Positions 19,216-28,746 of a DNA stretch of 64,000 nt are shown here, in pieces. The position numbers and the translations under genes were made by a program. The notes under the pieces were generated by a model. It saw only the letters and a list, made by a program, of their open reading frames with translations, did no database searches and was not told the DNA's origin. Within the stretch, counting starts at the first letter, position 1. Every line of letters begins with the position of its first letter. The stretch comes from a virus: IMG/VR virus record IMGVR_UViG_3300029305_002985, positions 4,092 through 68,091 of that record. One strand, 5' to 3'.

Positions 19216-21106
19216 ATTGCGCCTCCTTACTGTGATCTTGGATATATTTCTTTCTCGGTGCCACGCCAGTTCCCATTAACTGGTCAAATAATACATCTGC
19301 GGTTCTAAGGTCATCAACTGTAACCTGGTTTAAAATTCTTTGAGTAGGGTCTACGAGGATTTCAGTCTCCTCCGCGCTCATCTCACCAAGACCTTTGAAG
19401 CGGCTAATCGTATATTTCTTGCCAACATGAGACTTGGTAAATTCTTCAAGAGCTGCATCATCTTTAATATACACATAAGTGTCTTTGCCGATTGTAGCCT
19501 TATACAAAGGTGCCACAAGAGCATATACATAACCTTCTTCGATTAACTGCGGACAGAAGTTCCAAATAAAGGTGTAGAACAGATTGCGAATATGCGAACC
19601 GTCTACATCTGCGTCCGCCGCGATAATGATCTTACCATAACGCAAATCATCTTCATCATAGGTGAGCTTCATAGTCTTAGGATCGACGCGGAGACCAAAT
19701 GCCTCAATCATAGTCATAATTTCTGCATTCTTTTGCACCTTGTCAAGCGGCGCCTTTTGGGTATTAAGAATTTTACCGCGGACAGGCATAACCGCCTGAG
19801 TTTCATTATCTCTTGCTTGCTTTAGGTTTCCAGATGCGGAATCGCCCTCTGTTACATAAATCTCACATTTGCTTCTGTCTTTAGAGTAGCAATCTGCAAG
19901 TTTACTGTCGAACTTAAGAGCCTTTTCTTTCTTCTTCTTTTCTCCACGAGCCTTGTCTCTTGCGTTCTTTGCGGCCTCGCGCGCCTTTCGTGCGGCAAGT
20001 GCCTTATCTGCAATAGTTTTGATTTCTTTCTCGTTCGCCGCAAACCAATAGCCAAGCTCTTCTGTAAGAGCCTGAGTAAATGGACTCATATTGATCTTGG
20101 TAATTGTGCTCTTGACCTGTGCATCATAAGATACATTCGGCGCGGTGATATTGAATACGATATACATACCCTCTTGGATATCATCACCAGAGAGGTTTTC
20201 GTCTTTTTCTTTTAACCACTTCTTATCACGGAAGAACTTGTTGAACTCACGGGTTAACACAGTTTTAATCTGCGTGATATGCGGGCCTTTTTCGGTAAAG
20301 CCCGTATTTACATAGGGAACAAGAGTTGACGAGTAATTGCTTGTATAGGTAAGGATAAAGTCCATCTTCTCCTTGCCTTCTGCAAAATTCATAGAAAATC
20401 TATTATTGATTATTTCTTTATCTTTTACTGCTTTATCTGCTAAATCATTTAATCCACGAGTTGAATGATAAACAGTTTTTTCCCCATTATCGTTAAGATT
20501 GATGGTAAGTCCAGGACAGAGACAAGTGATTGTTTCAAAAAGAGAGTGGATCTTGGATATCTCTACCTCAGGATGAGTGAAAAATTCTTCACTTGGAGTC
20601 CAAGATACAAAAGTTCCATGCCTGCTTTTATCACAGTTTTCAACAAAACGATTATCAAAAACGCCCTCTTTAAATTCTACTATTTCACTAACACCTTCTC
20701 TCCAGGTTGTAACTTGTAATTGGTGAGATAAAAAAGTAGTAATTTTTGATCCAATACCAAAGCTACCGAGAGAGGTTCCTTCATAAGTTCCGTCCTCGCG
20801 GTATTTACCTGAAGTATTAAGCACAGAGAATGCGGCTTCGAGAATAGTTTTTCCATCGTCTCTAAATTCATTAGCTAAAAATCCTTGACCTTCATCTTTA
20901 ACATAAACTTTTGCGCCATCAATAGACACATCGATCTGATTACCATGGCCTAGTCTAAATTCATCGACCGAGTTTGAGATAATCTCAACCAAAAGCTGGG
21001 TTGCATAAGTGGTATCACCTGCATACACACCAGGTCTAAGTCGAGTAAACTCAAGAGGTGACAAACTCTCAATCGAATCTTTGTTGTATAATTTATTATC
21101 TGTCAT
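19205..21106 (-). CDS. gyrB: type IIA topoisomerase subunit B (GyrB/ParE-like)
   Basis: GHKL ATPase motifs, TOPRIM EGDSA, PLRGKILN. Confidence 0.9.
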   Translation of the reverse strand: MTDNKLYNKDSIESLSPLEFTRLRPGVYAGDTTYATQLLVEIISNSVDEFRLGHGNQIDVSIDGAKVYVKDEGQGFLANEFRDDGKTILEAAFSVLNTSGKYREDGTYEGTSLGSFGIGSKITTFLSHQLQVTTWREGVSEIVEFKEGVFDNRFVENCDKSRHGTFVSWTPSEEFFTHPEVEISKIHSLFETITCLCPGLTINLNDNGEKTVYHSTRGLNDLADKAVKDKEIINNRFSMNFAEGKEKMDFILTYTSNYSSTLVPYVNTGFTEKGPHITQIKTVLTREFNKFFRDKKWLKEKDENLSGDDIQEGMYIVFNITAPNVSYDAQVKSTITKINMSPFTQALTEELGYWFAANEKEIKTIADKALAARKAREAAKNARDKARGEKKKKEKALKFDSKLADCYSKDRSKCEIYVTEGDSASGNLKQARDNETQAVMPVRGKILNTQKAPLDKVQKNAEIMTMIEAFGLRVDPKTMKLTYDEDDLRYGKIIIAADADVDGSHIRNLFYTFIWNFCPQLIEEGYVYALVAPLYKATIGKDTYVYIKDDAALEEFTKSHVGKKYTISRFKGLGEMSAEETEILVDPTQRILNQVTVDDLRTADVLFDQLMGTGVAPRKKYIQDHSKEAQYGV

Positions 21107-21392
21107 TATTTTCCTCCTTTAATAGCCTTAGATCGGCATCTCCCTCGCAAAAGACAACTCCGCCATAGCTTAATGAATTATCAATAATAACCTTATGATT
21201 TTTATAACTATTTATTTCAGATGACCGCTTATCTTCAAAAGTAAGAATATCATAGGTTGATTTATTCATCTTTAAGATAGTGCTTTTTTTTCTGTAAGCA
21301 TCTTGAATAGTTAATATTTCATCAAATATCCAAAAGATATTATAGCCTGACGCCTGTATTTTCCCATTTTTAATTTTAGGTTCTACTGTCAT
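21096..21392 (-). CDS. hypothetical protein
   Basis: 98-aa ORF. Confidence 0.45.
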   Translation of the reverse strand: MTVEPKIKNGKIQASGYNIFWIFDEILTIQDAYRKKSTILKMNKSTYDILTFEDKRSSEINSYKNHKVIIDNSLSYGGVVFCEGDADLRLLKEENNDR

Positions 21393-21429
21393 TTAGTCTT
21401 TTTCTCCTTTATTTTTATTTTATATACAT

Positions 21430-21458
21430 ATTATAACATATTTTTTATAAAAAATCAA
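21430..21458 (-). promoter_or_regulatory. conserved phage promoter module
   Basis: attata-17-aatcaa. Confidence 0.65.
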
Positions 21459-21462
21459 CAAA

Positions 21463-21481
21463 AGAGCCACGAAGTGGCTCT
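21463..21481 (-). terminator. terminator hairpin
   Basis: agagccac-gaa-gtggctct + T-run. Confidence 0.55.
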
Positions 21482-21495
21482 TTTGAAATGTCTTA

Positions 21496-21975
21496 TTAAA
21501 TCATTGGCACAATACCGTGATTTTTTTGTAAAAACGCTTGATAATCTTGCTCTAATTTATTATCTAAATCATATCCTGTTTTTAGATTAAAAAATTTGAT
21601 AACTGTTTTCATGCCACTTTTATATTGCTTTTTTGCATTCATTACCATCAAAAAGTGACTACCTAATAAATAAGCTCTACAACGAAAGTCCGCGCTGCCG
21701 CCAGTTTGTGCTCTCATATTATATCCATTTAAATAGGTATTATAAACATGAATCCAATATTTTTCTCTTTGATTAGCCTCTTGCAGTGTAGGGATATTCT
21801 CTTCTAAAATTTCGTGGGTAAAGTTCTGCCAACCCCATAGAGTAATGGCTAAATTAAATAAAAACTGTGTTTTGTATCCTTTACCGTTGGCCCAGCGGGC
21901 TTCAGGCTCTTTAGAAGTTTGTCCTATATAACATTTTCCAGTGGGACTTGTATGCTTATAAATACACCAACTCAT
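21496..21975 (-). CDS. GIY-YIG domain protein (homing-endonuclease-like)
   Basis: N-terminal CIYKHTSPTGKCYIGQTSKEPEARWANGKGY. Confidence 0.6.
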   Translation of the reverse strand: MSWCIYKHTSPTGKCYIGQTSKEPEARWANGKGYKTQFLFNLAITLWGWQNFTHEILEENIPTLQEANQREKYWIHVYNTYLNGYNMRAQTGGSADFRCRAYLLGSHFLMVMNAKKQYKSGMKTVIKFFNLKTGYDLDNKLEQDYQAFLQKNHGIVPMI

Positions 21976-22005
21976 TCATATTCTCTCCTTTGCTTTTATA
22001 TTATA

Positions 22006-22034
22006 ATTATAATATAATTAAATTAAAAAATCAA
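22006..22034 (-). promoter_or_regulatory. conserved phage promoter module
   Basis: attata-17-aatcaa. Confidence 0.55.
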
Positions 22035-22103
22035 TAAGGGCGCTTTGAATTAATCAAAACGCCCTATCAGAAAGGAAGGTAATTATATTATATCAAAAAT
22101 TTT

Positions 22104-22604
22104 TTATTTTGTCAAGCCGTGCTTCATTCTAAGTGTTGCTTGTAATCCGCAAATCATTGCATCTATTTGTAGTTTAATCATTGGTAAAGTTTTTGCAGAA
22201 ATACCATCGTGGAAAATCGGACAATAGGCTTCGTTAAGCGCAGTATCTTTTCTATTCTCATAATACCATAAAGCAAAGGCATCTTGAACGCGCTCAAGAT
22301 ATTCGATCATATGCTGCGCAGAGTCTGGATCGCCGCAATCAAACATACTTAAATCGCAATCAAAATAATACATATCTGTTGCTCTATTGTAATATAAAAT
22401 AGCATCATTCAAACTTTGGAAAGATGCAATTTGTGGTTGACCTCTTGCAGGAAGCGCCCAGATAAATTTGTTGTCAAGATAATTAAATTCATCATCAACC
22501 CAGTCGCTATACATCTTTTTACAATATCTCTTTCGTTGATTATATTTGCGGCTCTCAGTGCGTAGTAGTCGCTTAAGCCAACGATTAAATTTGGATTCTT
22601 TCAT
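22104..22604 (-). CDS. hypothetical protein
   Basis: 166-aa ORF. Confidence 0.5.
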   Translation of the reverse strand: MKESKFNRWLKRLLRTESRKYNQRKRYCKKMYSDWVDDEFNYLDNKFIWALPARGQPQIASFQSLNDAILYYNRATDMYYFDCDLSMFDCGDPDSAQHMIEYLERVQDAFALWYYENRKDTALNEAYCPIFHDGISAKTLPMIKLQIDAMICGLQATLRMKHGLTK

Positions 22605-22639
22605 CTATATGTTTCTCCTTTTGAGCAGATAAAATTCTT

Positions 22640-22736
22640 TGGCGGCCCCTCTGGGATTCGAACCCAGATCTGCGCCTTCAGAGGGCGACTTATTGCTGAT
22701 TTAGAGTCAGGTGTTCTACCATTAAACTAAGGGGCT
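22640..22736 (-). tRNA. tRNA-like gene, candidate amber suppressor tRNA-Sup(CUA); 97 nt with CCA end
   Basis: acceptor AGCCCCT/AGGGGCC, U8, D-arm GTTT-AATGGTA-GAAC, hairpin CCTGA-CUCUAAA-TCAGC (anticodon CUA with U33, A37), second hairpin CGCC-CUCUGAA-GGCG, T-arm CTGGG-TTCGAAT-CCCAG. Confidence 0.6.
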
Positions 22737-22752
22737 ATTTCTTTATATCTAT

Positions 22753-22781
22753 ATTATAATAAAATTTTCAGTATAAGTCCA
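22753..22781 (-). promoter_or_regulatory. promoter-like element upstream of suppressor tRNA
   Basis: minus strand TGGACT/17/TATAAT. Confidence 0.4.
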
Positions 22782-22803
22782 CTCAATGCAGAAAAGAGGC
22801 TCT

Positions 22804-23313
22804 TTAATCAAGAGCCTCTGTTACCATATTGATATTATAATCTTCTATCATCGCAAGAAAGTTTTTCATATTTCCAGTTGCCAGCGCATCAGCAAGCTCA
22901 TTGCCAACAACTTCAGAGTGTCCGGGACACTTCTTAATAACTACATTAAAGAAATCGCGCGAGAGATAGCCATAGATTTCTTTCATTAGGTCAAGATTTT
23001 CAACTGTCTTTTTCTTACTATTGACCCAACCATTTTTTGCCCAGTTCCACATCCATTCATTACAAGCGTTGACTACATACGCAGAGTCGGAGTAGATGAT
23101 AAATTGCGTTTCAGGGTGGTCCGCCGCATACATAAGCGCACAAATCATTGCGCGAAGCTCCATCTGATTGTTGGTTGCATTTGGGATCTGATTGTGGTGG
23201 TAATAGTGAAGAAGGTTCATTTCAGTTTCATCAAATACTAGCATTCCCCAGCCGCCAATGCCGGGATTACCTCCTTGCGCGGAGCCATCTGTAAATATAA
23301 AGTGATTAGTCAT
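22804..23313 (-). CDS. rnhA: ribonuclease HI
   Basis: FTDGS...ELRAMICAL...YSDSAYVVN...WAKNGW motifs. Confidence 0.85.
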   Translation of the reverse strand: MTNHFIFTDGSAQGGNPGIGGWGMLVFDETEMNLLHYYHHNQIPNATNNQMELRAMICALMYAADHPETQFIIYSDSAYVVNACNEWMWNWAKNGWVNSKKKTVENLDLMKEIYGYLSRDFFNVVIKKCPGHSEVVGNELADALATGNMKNFLAMIEDYNINMVTEALD

Positions 23314-23914
23314 GCATTAAAGTCTCCTCTCTTGCGCGATATTCGCCACAGATGTGTCTATACTTTTGTTCAAGTTGGTGATACTCAAATTTCTCCATTG
23401 GATCAAAATTGCACTCCTCCATCTCCGCAAGGTCTGCAAGAGTGACAGAGATAAACCACTTAACGGCAGGATGCATCTTCAAAGGTTTCTCTGCTTTTGC
23501 CTTCCACCACTTGTATTCTGCGGCATAGGAGAAGTTCTTACCTATATACGCACGGCCGGCGCCAAGATAGTCACATAGAAGCTCAAGTACATCGTCGAAA
23601 GGCATAAGTAATGCTTTGCCGCCGTTATCAAGGTTGTCTACCCAAAACTCGTAATGATGTCTATTGCGTCCTTTGTGGTGCATCCATGCTTTAGACCAAC
23701 CTTTATCTTTCTTTGCGGCGTCGATAGGGGAAGAAGTGCCCTGATAGTATCTTACGCTTTCCCAGAACTCGGTAGGAGAAAATTTGGACATATCGTGCCA
23801 AATGCCGCGCCAAGTGATACCAGCCTTGCGGCAATAGTGGAATACCCATCTTTTGTGAGTGCAAATCTTATGAAAATGCGCGAATATATTTTTAATTTTT
23901 ATGCGGGGTGCCAT
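23306..23914 (-). CDS. hypothetical protein
   Basis: 202-aa ORF. Confidence 0.5.
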   Translation of the reverse strand: MAPRIKIKNIFAHFHKICTHKRWVFHYCRKAGITWRGIWHDMSKFSPTEFWESVRYYQGTSSPIDAAKKDKGWSKAWMHHKGRNRHHYEFWVDNLDNGGKALLMPFDDVLELLCDYLGAGRAYIGKNFSYAAEYKWWKAKAEKPLKMHPAVKWFISVTLADLAEMEECNFDPMEKFEYHQLEQKYRHICGEYRAREETLMHD

Positions 23915-23958
23915 TAAAATTCCTCCTCTGTGGTTTAATCCATTTTTATTACATTATA

Positions 23959-23987
23959 ATTATAACATATTTTTTGATAATTTTCAA
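23959..23987 (-). promoter_or_regulatory. conserved phage promoter module (-35 TTGAAA)
   Basis: attata-17-tttcaa. Confidence 0.55.
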
Positions 23988-24047
23988 ATGGGCTTCTAAA
24001 AATTAGAGTTCAAAATCAAAGAGGACGCCGCGAGGGCGTCCGCTGAT

Positions 24048-24356
24048 TTATTTGCTTTGAATATATTCGTTAATTGCGCCCTTGGACTCAGCTAAAGTTT
24101 GCATTTTATTAAGTGCTTCATCAACCATTTTAGAGAATAGATCAAAAGATATCCACATACGCAGAACGGGGAACTTTTCCAAGAACTGATCATATACTAC
24201 GCGCAGTTTGAGAGCACCAGTGTCAGAACCGAGCCGCTTCTCTGCTTCGATCACCGCAAACAGAAGCCACTCTTTTGCATTTTTAACTCCAAAGAGGGTT
24301 AATACTGTCAAAATGCCCAACACTGCGGCAATAATTAATGCTATAATCCACCACAT
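24048..24356 (-). CDS. hypothetical membrane protein
   Basis: N-terminal TM helix. Confidence 0.45.
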   Translation of the reverse strand: MWWIIALIIAAVLGILTVLTLFGVKNAKEWLLFAVIEAEKRLGSDTGALKLRVVYDQFLEKFPVLRMWISFDLFSKMVDEALNKMQTLAESKGAINEYIQSK

Positions 24357-24853
24357 TACTCTTCACCCCCTGTCTTATGCAAGTCACCAAGCTTTTTATC
24401 TCTTGAAAGAATTAGCTTATGATAGTTGTTACTCAGCTGATTAATATTATACTTGCATACATCAATATCTTGACGCAGCTTAACCATCTTTTCGCCAAGC
24501 TTCAACATGGGGAATGAATACCCGTTAAAGTTGCGCGTATCCATCATCTCTGCGAAGAAGTCTTGCAGCCCTTTAAGTTCCGCGCGAAGCTCCCTCAGCC
24601 GCATTTTCTCTGCCTTTTTAAGTGCCTTGATTTCCGCAAGTTCGCATCCGAAATACTTGCTCGGATACTCTTCATTAGCGCGCATCTGAACTGTTGCAGA
24701 AAAATTGCCATATCTGGTTGAAATCTCTACCATAGAGACGCCGGTTTCTTCGTTATAATTTGAATTTTTCAGTTTATACTTCATTGGATACCTCCTCAAA
24801 ATGCGTATCTTTAAAAATTTGCCATAGTCTATTGATTTCGTGGCAGTTATCAA
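24356..24853 (-). CDS. hypothetical protein
   Basis: 165-aa ORF. Confidence 0.5.
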   Translation of the reverse strand: MITATKSIDYGKFLKIRILRRYPMKYKLKNSNYNEETGVSMVEISTRYGNFSATVQMRANEEYPSKYFGCELAEIKALKKAEKMRLRELRAELKGLQDFFAEMMDTRNFNGYSFPMLKLGEKMVKLRQDIDVCKYNINQLSNNYHKLILSRDKKLGDLHKTGGEE

Positions 24854-24883
24854 TAAACCACATCATCATCGGGATTATAATAT

Positions 24884-25459
24884 TCATTCTACCAAATCCT
24901 CCTTTTCATAAAGCAACTCTTTGCAGCGCTCCATTTCCGCCTTGATATCAGCGATAACTTGATCCATAGATACGGGGTATCCGTCGTGACTGTCAACACC
25001 TACATGGTAAATATAAGGATTACCCTTATAGAAATTGCCCGTCTGATGCGTGTGTCCATAGAGGCACAGGTTCGTCTCCCAGATATTCTCTACATTCAGG
25101 TTGGTTCCATCAGTAGGAAAATGCGAGAGATAAAAATTGAGCTTCTTATACTTAAAACGGGCGGCGAGCTGTACATCGAAGCCAAGCTCGTTATACAACT
25201 TCTCTCTTGTTCCCGTATCATGGTTGCCAAGGCAGATATGGATCTTACCATTGAGCTGCTTAACACACTCGATACCCTTTTCGCGGTCGCCGAGCATCAA
25301 ATCGCCCAGAATCCAGACTTCATCTTCCGGGCCTACGACTTCGTTGAATTTGCGAATTTGCTCTCTGTTCATTTCCTCGACATCCGCATAACCGCGGGCG
25401 CCCCATACGAACTCTCTATCGTGTCCAAAATGCAAATCACTTGTTACAAAAATTGCCAT
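24884..25459 (-). CDS. calcineurin-like metallophosphoesterase
   Basis: DLHFGH...GDLM...GNHD...GHTH motifs. Confidence 0.8.
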   Translation of the reverse strand: MAIFVTSDLHFGHDREFVWGARGYADVEEMNREQIRKFNEVVGPEDEVWILGDLMLGDREKGIECVKQLNGKIHICLGNHDTGTREKLYNELGFDVQLAARFKYKKLNFYLSHFPTDGTNLNVENIWETNLCLYGHTHQTGNFYKGNPYIYHVGVDSHDGYPVSMDQVIADIKAEMERCKELLYEKEDLVE

Positions 25460-25962
25460 TACGCTTCCACTTCCTTTCTAATTACCTTTTCTTCAGGTGA
25501 TACTTCAATAATAGTATTATAAATATACTTGTCCTCTTGAAACTCAGGAGGCTCCATCTGGTAAAACATTCTTTTGATAACCGAGGGCGGCACATATGCG
25601 CGAGTGCCTTTACGGTTTTCATTGCGTTCAAGCGCCACTTCGCAAGGGGTATTCATCCAAACCAAGTCAATGCAATCGAGTTTGACAGGGATTGCGCGGA
25701 GTAGCTTAAGACGCGAAGATTTAGTCAAATGAGTTGCGTCAACCCATACAGTTGCGCCACTCTTGAGCTGCTTTACAATGCGCTTGATAAAAGTATTAAA
25801 TACTTCTCCTTCGTGAGAGAAATACTCTTCATCTTCGCGCACAATAGAGAAGCGCACTTCATCGCGTGAAACATATTCATCAAACGCGGGACACATATTC
25901 TCTTTTGCGTAAGTGCTTTTCCCCGAACCGGGGATGCCGCACATAAGAATAATCTTATTCAT
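25459..25962 (-). CDS. P-loop kinase, polynucleotide kinase (Pnk kinase-domain)-like
   Basis: Walker A MCGIPGSGKSTYA; size and context with phosphatase and RNA ligase. Confidence 0.65.
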   Translation of the reverse strand: MNKIILMCGIPGSGKSTYAKENMCPAFDEYVSRDEVRFSIVREDEEYFSHEGEVFNTFIKRIVKQLKSGATVWVDATHLTKSSRLKLLRAIPVKLDCIDLVWMNTPCEVALERNENRKGTRAYVPPSVIKRMFYQMEPPEFQEDKYIYNTIIEVSPEEKVIRKEVEA

Positions 25963-26449
25963 TCTTCAACTCTCCTTCGTAAAACTTATCAATAGCTTGG
26001 CAATATAGCCACTCACAAAAACCAACTTCGGGATCAGACTGAATGGTATGACGAGCGTGCTGTGGCAACATCTCGCTCACATCATCATCAAGGATCAGAA
26101 AATTTTCAACATCGGGGTGTTCATCAAGCCACATTTGAATTTCATGTCCGCGCCCGTAATTGGCGGCGGTCGGTGGCAGATGAATAGTCCGATCAAGGAT
26201 CAATGAGCTGTCCATGAGTCCGCCATGAAGCAGGCATTCGCGCCAGTTGCTATTAAGGCGCCAGTCAGAGATAACAACGATTTGAAAATTGTAAATCTGG
26301 CAAAATGCTTCTACCCATTGCACCGCATCACGATTATTAACTGCGCCGTGGTGAGGCATATTCATTGTGAACTCTTGGGCAACTGGATCCCACATAGGCA
26401 CATTTACAACACCATCGTAATCTAAAAACAGGATATTCATTACGCTCAT
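25955..26449 (-). CDS. HAD-like polynucleotide 3'-phosphatase-like protein
   Basis: N-terminal FLDYDGVVN (DxDG motif). Confidence 0.55.
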   Translation of the reverse strand: MSVMNILFLDYDGVVNVPMWDPVAQEFTMNMPHHGAVNNRDAVQWVEAFCQIYNFQIVVISDWRLNSNWRECLLHGGLMDSSLILDRTIHLPPTAANYGRGHEIQMWLDEHPDVENFLILDDDVSEMLPQHARHTIQSDPEVGFCEWLYCQAIDKFYEGELKNE

Positions 26450-26475
26450 TTTCCTTTCTTTTCTTTATCATATAT

Positions 26476-26504
26476 ATTATAACATATTTTTTATAAAAAA
26501 ACAA
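26476..26504 (-). promoter_or_regulatory. conserved phage promoter module (-35 TTGTTT)
   Basis: attata-17-aaacaa. Confidence 0.55.
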
Positions 26505-26506
26505 AT

Positions 26507-26527
26507 AACGCTCCCAATGGGAGCGTT
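26507..26527 (-). terminator. terminator hairpin fused to promoter
   Basis: aacgctccc-aat-gggagcgtt. Confidence 0.55.
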
Positions 26528-26540
26528 ATGAGTATTAAAA

Positions 26541-27329
26541 TTAAATAATGTGCAAATATGTTGTTCCGCCAACATCAATGGTTTTAGAACCACTGTTAAA
26601 ATCAAGAATTGTGTTAAAGTCTGTAACAAATTCTGTATCAGCAAGTTTACGAGTAAAGTCCTGGTCCTCTGAAGAAGTACCATTAGACAATTTAATTGTG
26701 CCACTGGTAATGCTCAACGAGTTACCTCCTGCAAGAGTTTTTGTTTCTTGCTTAGCGACTTTGTTTGTAGCGTCGTAGTATGCTAAAACTACCGTTGTAA
26801 GATCCTTTACTGCAGCATCGTCAGCAATATCAAAGTGAGCATAATCTCCAGCTACCGCAAAAGCATCAAAAGTAAATGTGAATGCGGCAGGGTCTCCATT
26901 AGGAGCCATAGAAAGGCTTAAATTAGATTGAAGTTTAGCCTTAGGAATAGTAATCACGCAAGCATGATCAGCACCAGTTTCAACATCTCTCCAAAGAGTA
27001 TGCGCGGATACGGTATAATAACCAGCATAGCTATCTGCAGAAAGGGTGTAACGCATAAATTTAGATTTGCCAGGGGTAGCAACAGCGCCCTTGCCAAGAA
27101 GTGCGGCAAAGCTCTCAGTTGTTAAAATAGCGTTCTCAACTGTAAAAGTAAGAGTCTTTTCACCTTCCCAAGCAGCGAGTCTTGCAAAACCACGACCACC
27201 CTAAGCATATACTGTTGTAGATGCGCTCTCCATAGTGGACATTTTAGCAGTATCAATAATGAAGTTTAGTCCTTTGCCATCGATGCTAGTAAAGATACAA
27301 TCGCAAACTTCACGAATACCAAATCTCAT
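26541..27329 (-). CDS. putative virion structural protein (tail-tube/Ig-like) with one in-frame TAG (27201-27203)
   Basis: strong RBS AAAAGGAGG + ATG at 27329; MRFGIREVCDCIFTSIDGKGLNFIIDTAKMSTMESASTTVYA[TAG]GGRGFARLAAWEGEKTLTF... continuous with annotated ORF 26541-27056. Confidence 0.6.
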
Positions 27330-27379
27330 ATGTATATTTCCTCCTTTTATATCAAAAATAAGTTGCGGCAAGCTTCTTT

Positions 27380-27408
27380 ATTATAATATAAAAATTCCTT
27401 AAAGTAAA
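27380..27408 (-). promoter_or_regulatory. weak promoter-like element
   Basis: TATAAT with poor -35 (TTTACT). Confidence 0.3.
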
Positions 27409-27448
27409 TTAAACAAAGTTGACCAAAAGAGGCGCGTTTCCGCACCTC

Positions 27449-27598
27449 TTATAAAACAGCCTCAATCGCCGCGAGTGCGTCTTGAATAGCTTCAAACTGT
27501 TCCTGTGTCAAATGTGGGTTGTTATCCCAAAAGAAGATTAAAGCCTGCTGAATAACAGCGACTTCATCCTCTAATAACTGCGGCTCATAAGTCATCCG
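27449..27598 (-). CDS. small hypothetical protein
   Basis: 49-codon ORF MTYEPQLLEDEVAVIQQALIFFWDNNPHLTQEQFEAIQDALAAIEAVL. Confidence 0.35.
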   Translation of the reverse strand, partial: RMTYEPQLLEDEVAVIQQALIFFWDNNPHLTQEQFEAIQDALAAIEAVL

Positions 27599-28746
27599 TT
27601 TAGCGCCTCCTCAATTCTTTCAGTGATTTCGTCAATAGAAAGTCTATCAAGCCACTCCTTCGCAGTGATATAATACTTGTTATCATATCTCTTGCAAAGA
27701 AAGTCGCAATAAGGAGAGTTCTTTACTGCCATATAGAAGTCCTTCTTTGATGCAATATTCATCGCGTTGAAGACATTCCAGTCGCACTCCATTTCTGCGG
27801 CGAGGGTGCAGCCAGCATCCTTGATTGCATTGACAAAGCCAATATAGTCCTCGTTATACGCGCAGAAGTCATCAATTATTTCCTCACGGATCAGTTTGAT
27901 TACCTTCTTTACATTAATGCTATTGTTAAAGCGCAAATGAGAGGCGATAAGATACTGCTCAGACTTGACCTTAACGCGATCAAACTTTGCATCGCACACA
28001 ACAAAACCTTCTTCGTCTGCGCCCATAAGCTTGGTTGCCGCAATGCAATCTTCAAGAGTATGCAAATAATAAGTCTTAGGGAACTTAATCATAGGACATT
28101 CGCGCCCAAAAGAGAGTTTATAGCGCTCAATGTCATGCTCTTTTCCAAATTGGTCGCGGATGCCGATCAAATAAATTGCGTCATCGGGATAGAGAATGGT
28201 CATGCGATTATCAGGAGATACAAGCTCAAACATATAAACGCAAGTCTTGTCAAGCCAAGCGAAGAAGTCTGAAGTAGAATAATTATTATTTCTACGCAGC
28301 GCGCGCAAAAATAGATCATAGTAGCTCAGCTTCATATTAGGCACATAAGCATAACGCGCGTCGATAGTGCCATTGGTAGAGATATGCCAGCCGCCATGAT
28401 ACCAAACTTTGATCAAAGAGCCGTCAACCTTTTCAGTTACTCTTGCGCTCTTCCAGTCGATCTCGGGCACATAGCTCTCGCCATAGTTTCCAAACTTATC
28501 AAAAGGATGACATACGCACTGATAACGCTCAGAGAGATTGTCGTAATACATGATACATCCTCTAGCCTCGCGGCAAAAGGCAAGGTTAAAGTCAGAGGAA
28601 AGCTGGTTATACTTCAAAAGGTAGTATGCACCATTGATTGCGGGCGCAGTGCTGATTTTGATGTTATAAGGCTCAGCAGAAAGAATCTTTTGCCAATCCT
28701 TCTTATGAGCGTTCATAAACTTAACAAGTTCCATTATATCATACAT
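27592..28746 (-). CDS. RNA ligase, T4 Rnl1-like
   Basis: nucleotidyltransferase motif I TEKVDGSL, motif IV EGFVV, motif V KVK. Confidence 0.7.
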   Translation of the reverse strand: MYDIMELVKFMNAHKKDWQKILSAEPYNIKISTAPAINGAYYLLKYNQLSSDFNLAFCREARGCIMYYDNLSERYQCVCHPFDKFGNYGESYVPEIDWKSARVTEKVDGSLIKVWYHGGWHISTNGTIDARYAYVPNMKLSYYDLFLRALRRNNNYSTSDFFAWLDKTCVYMFELVSPDNRMTILYPDDAIYLIGIRDQFGKEHDIERYKLSFGRECPMIKFPKTYYLHTLEDCIAATKLMGADEEGFVVCDAKFDRVKVKSEQYLIASHLRFNNSINVKKVIKLIREEIIDDFCAYNEDYIGFVNAIKDAGCTLAAEMECDWNVFNAMNIASKKDFYMAVKNSPYCDFLCKRYDNKYYITAKEWLDRLSIDEITERIEEALNG

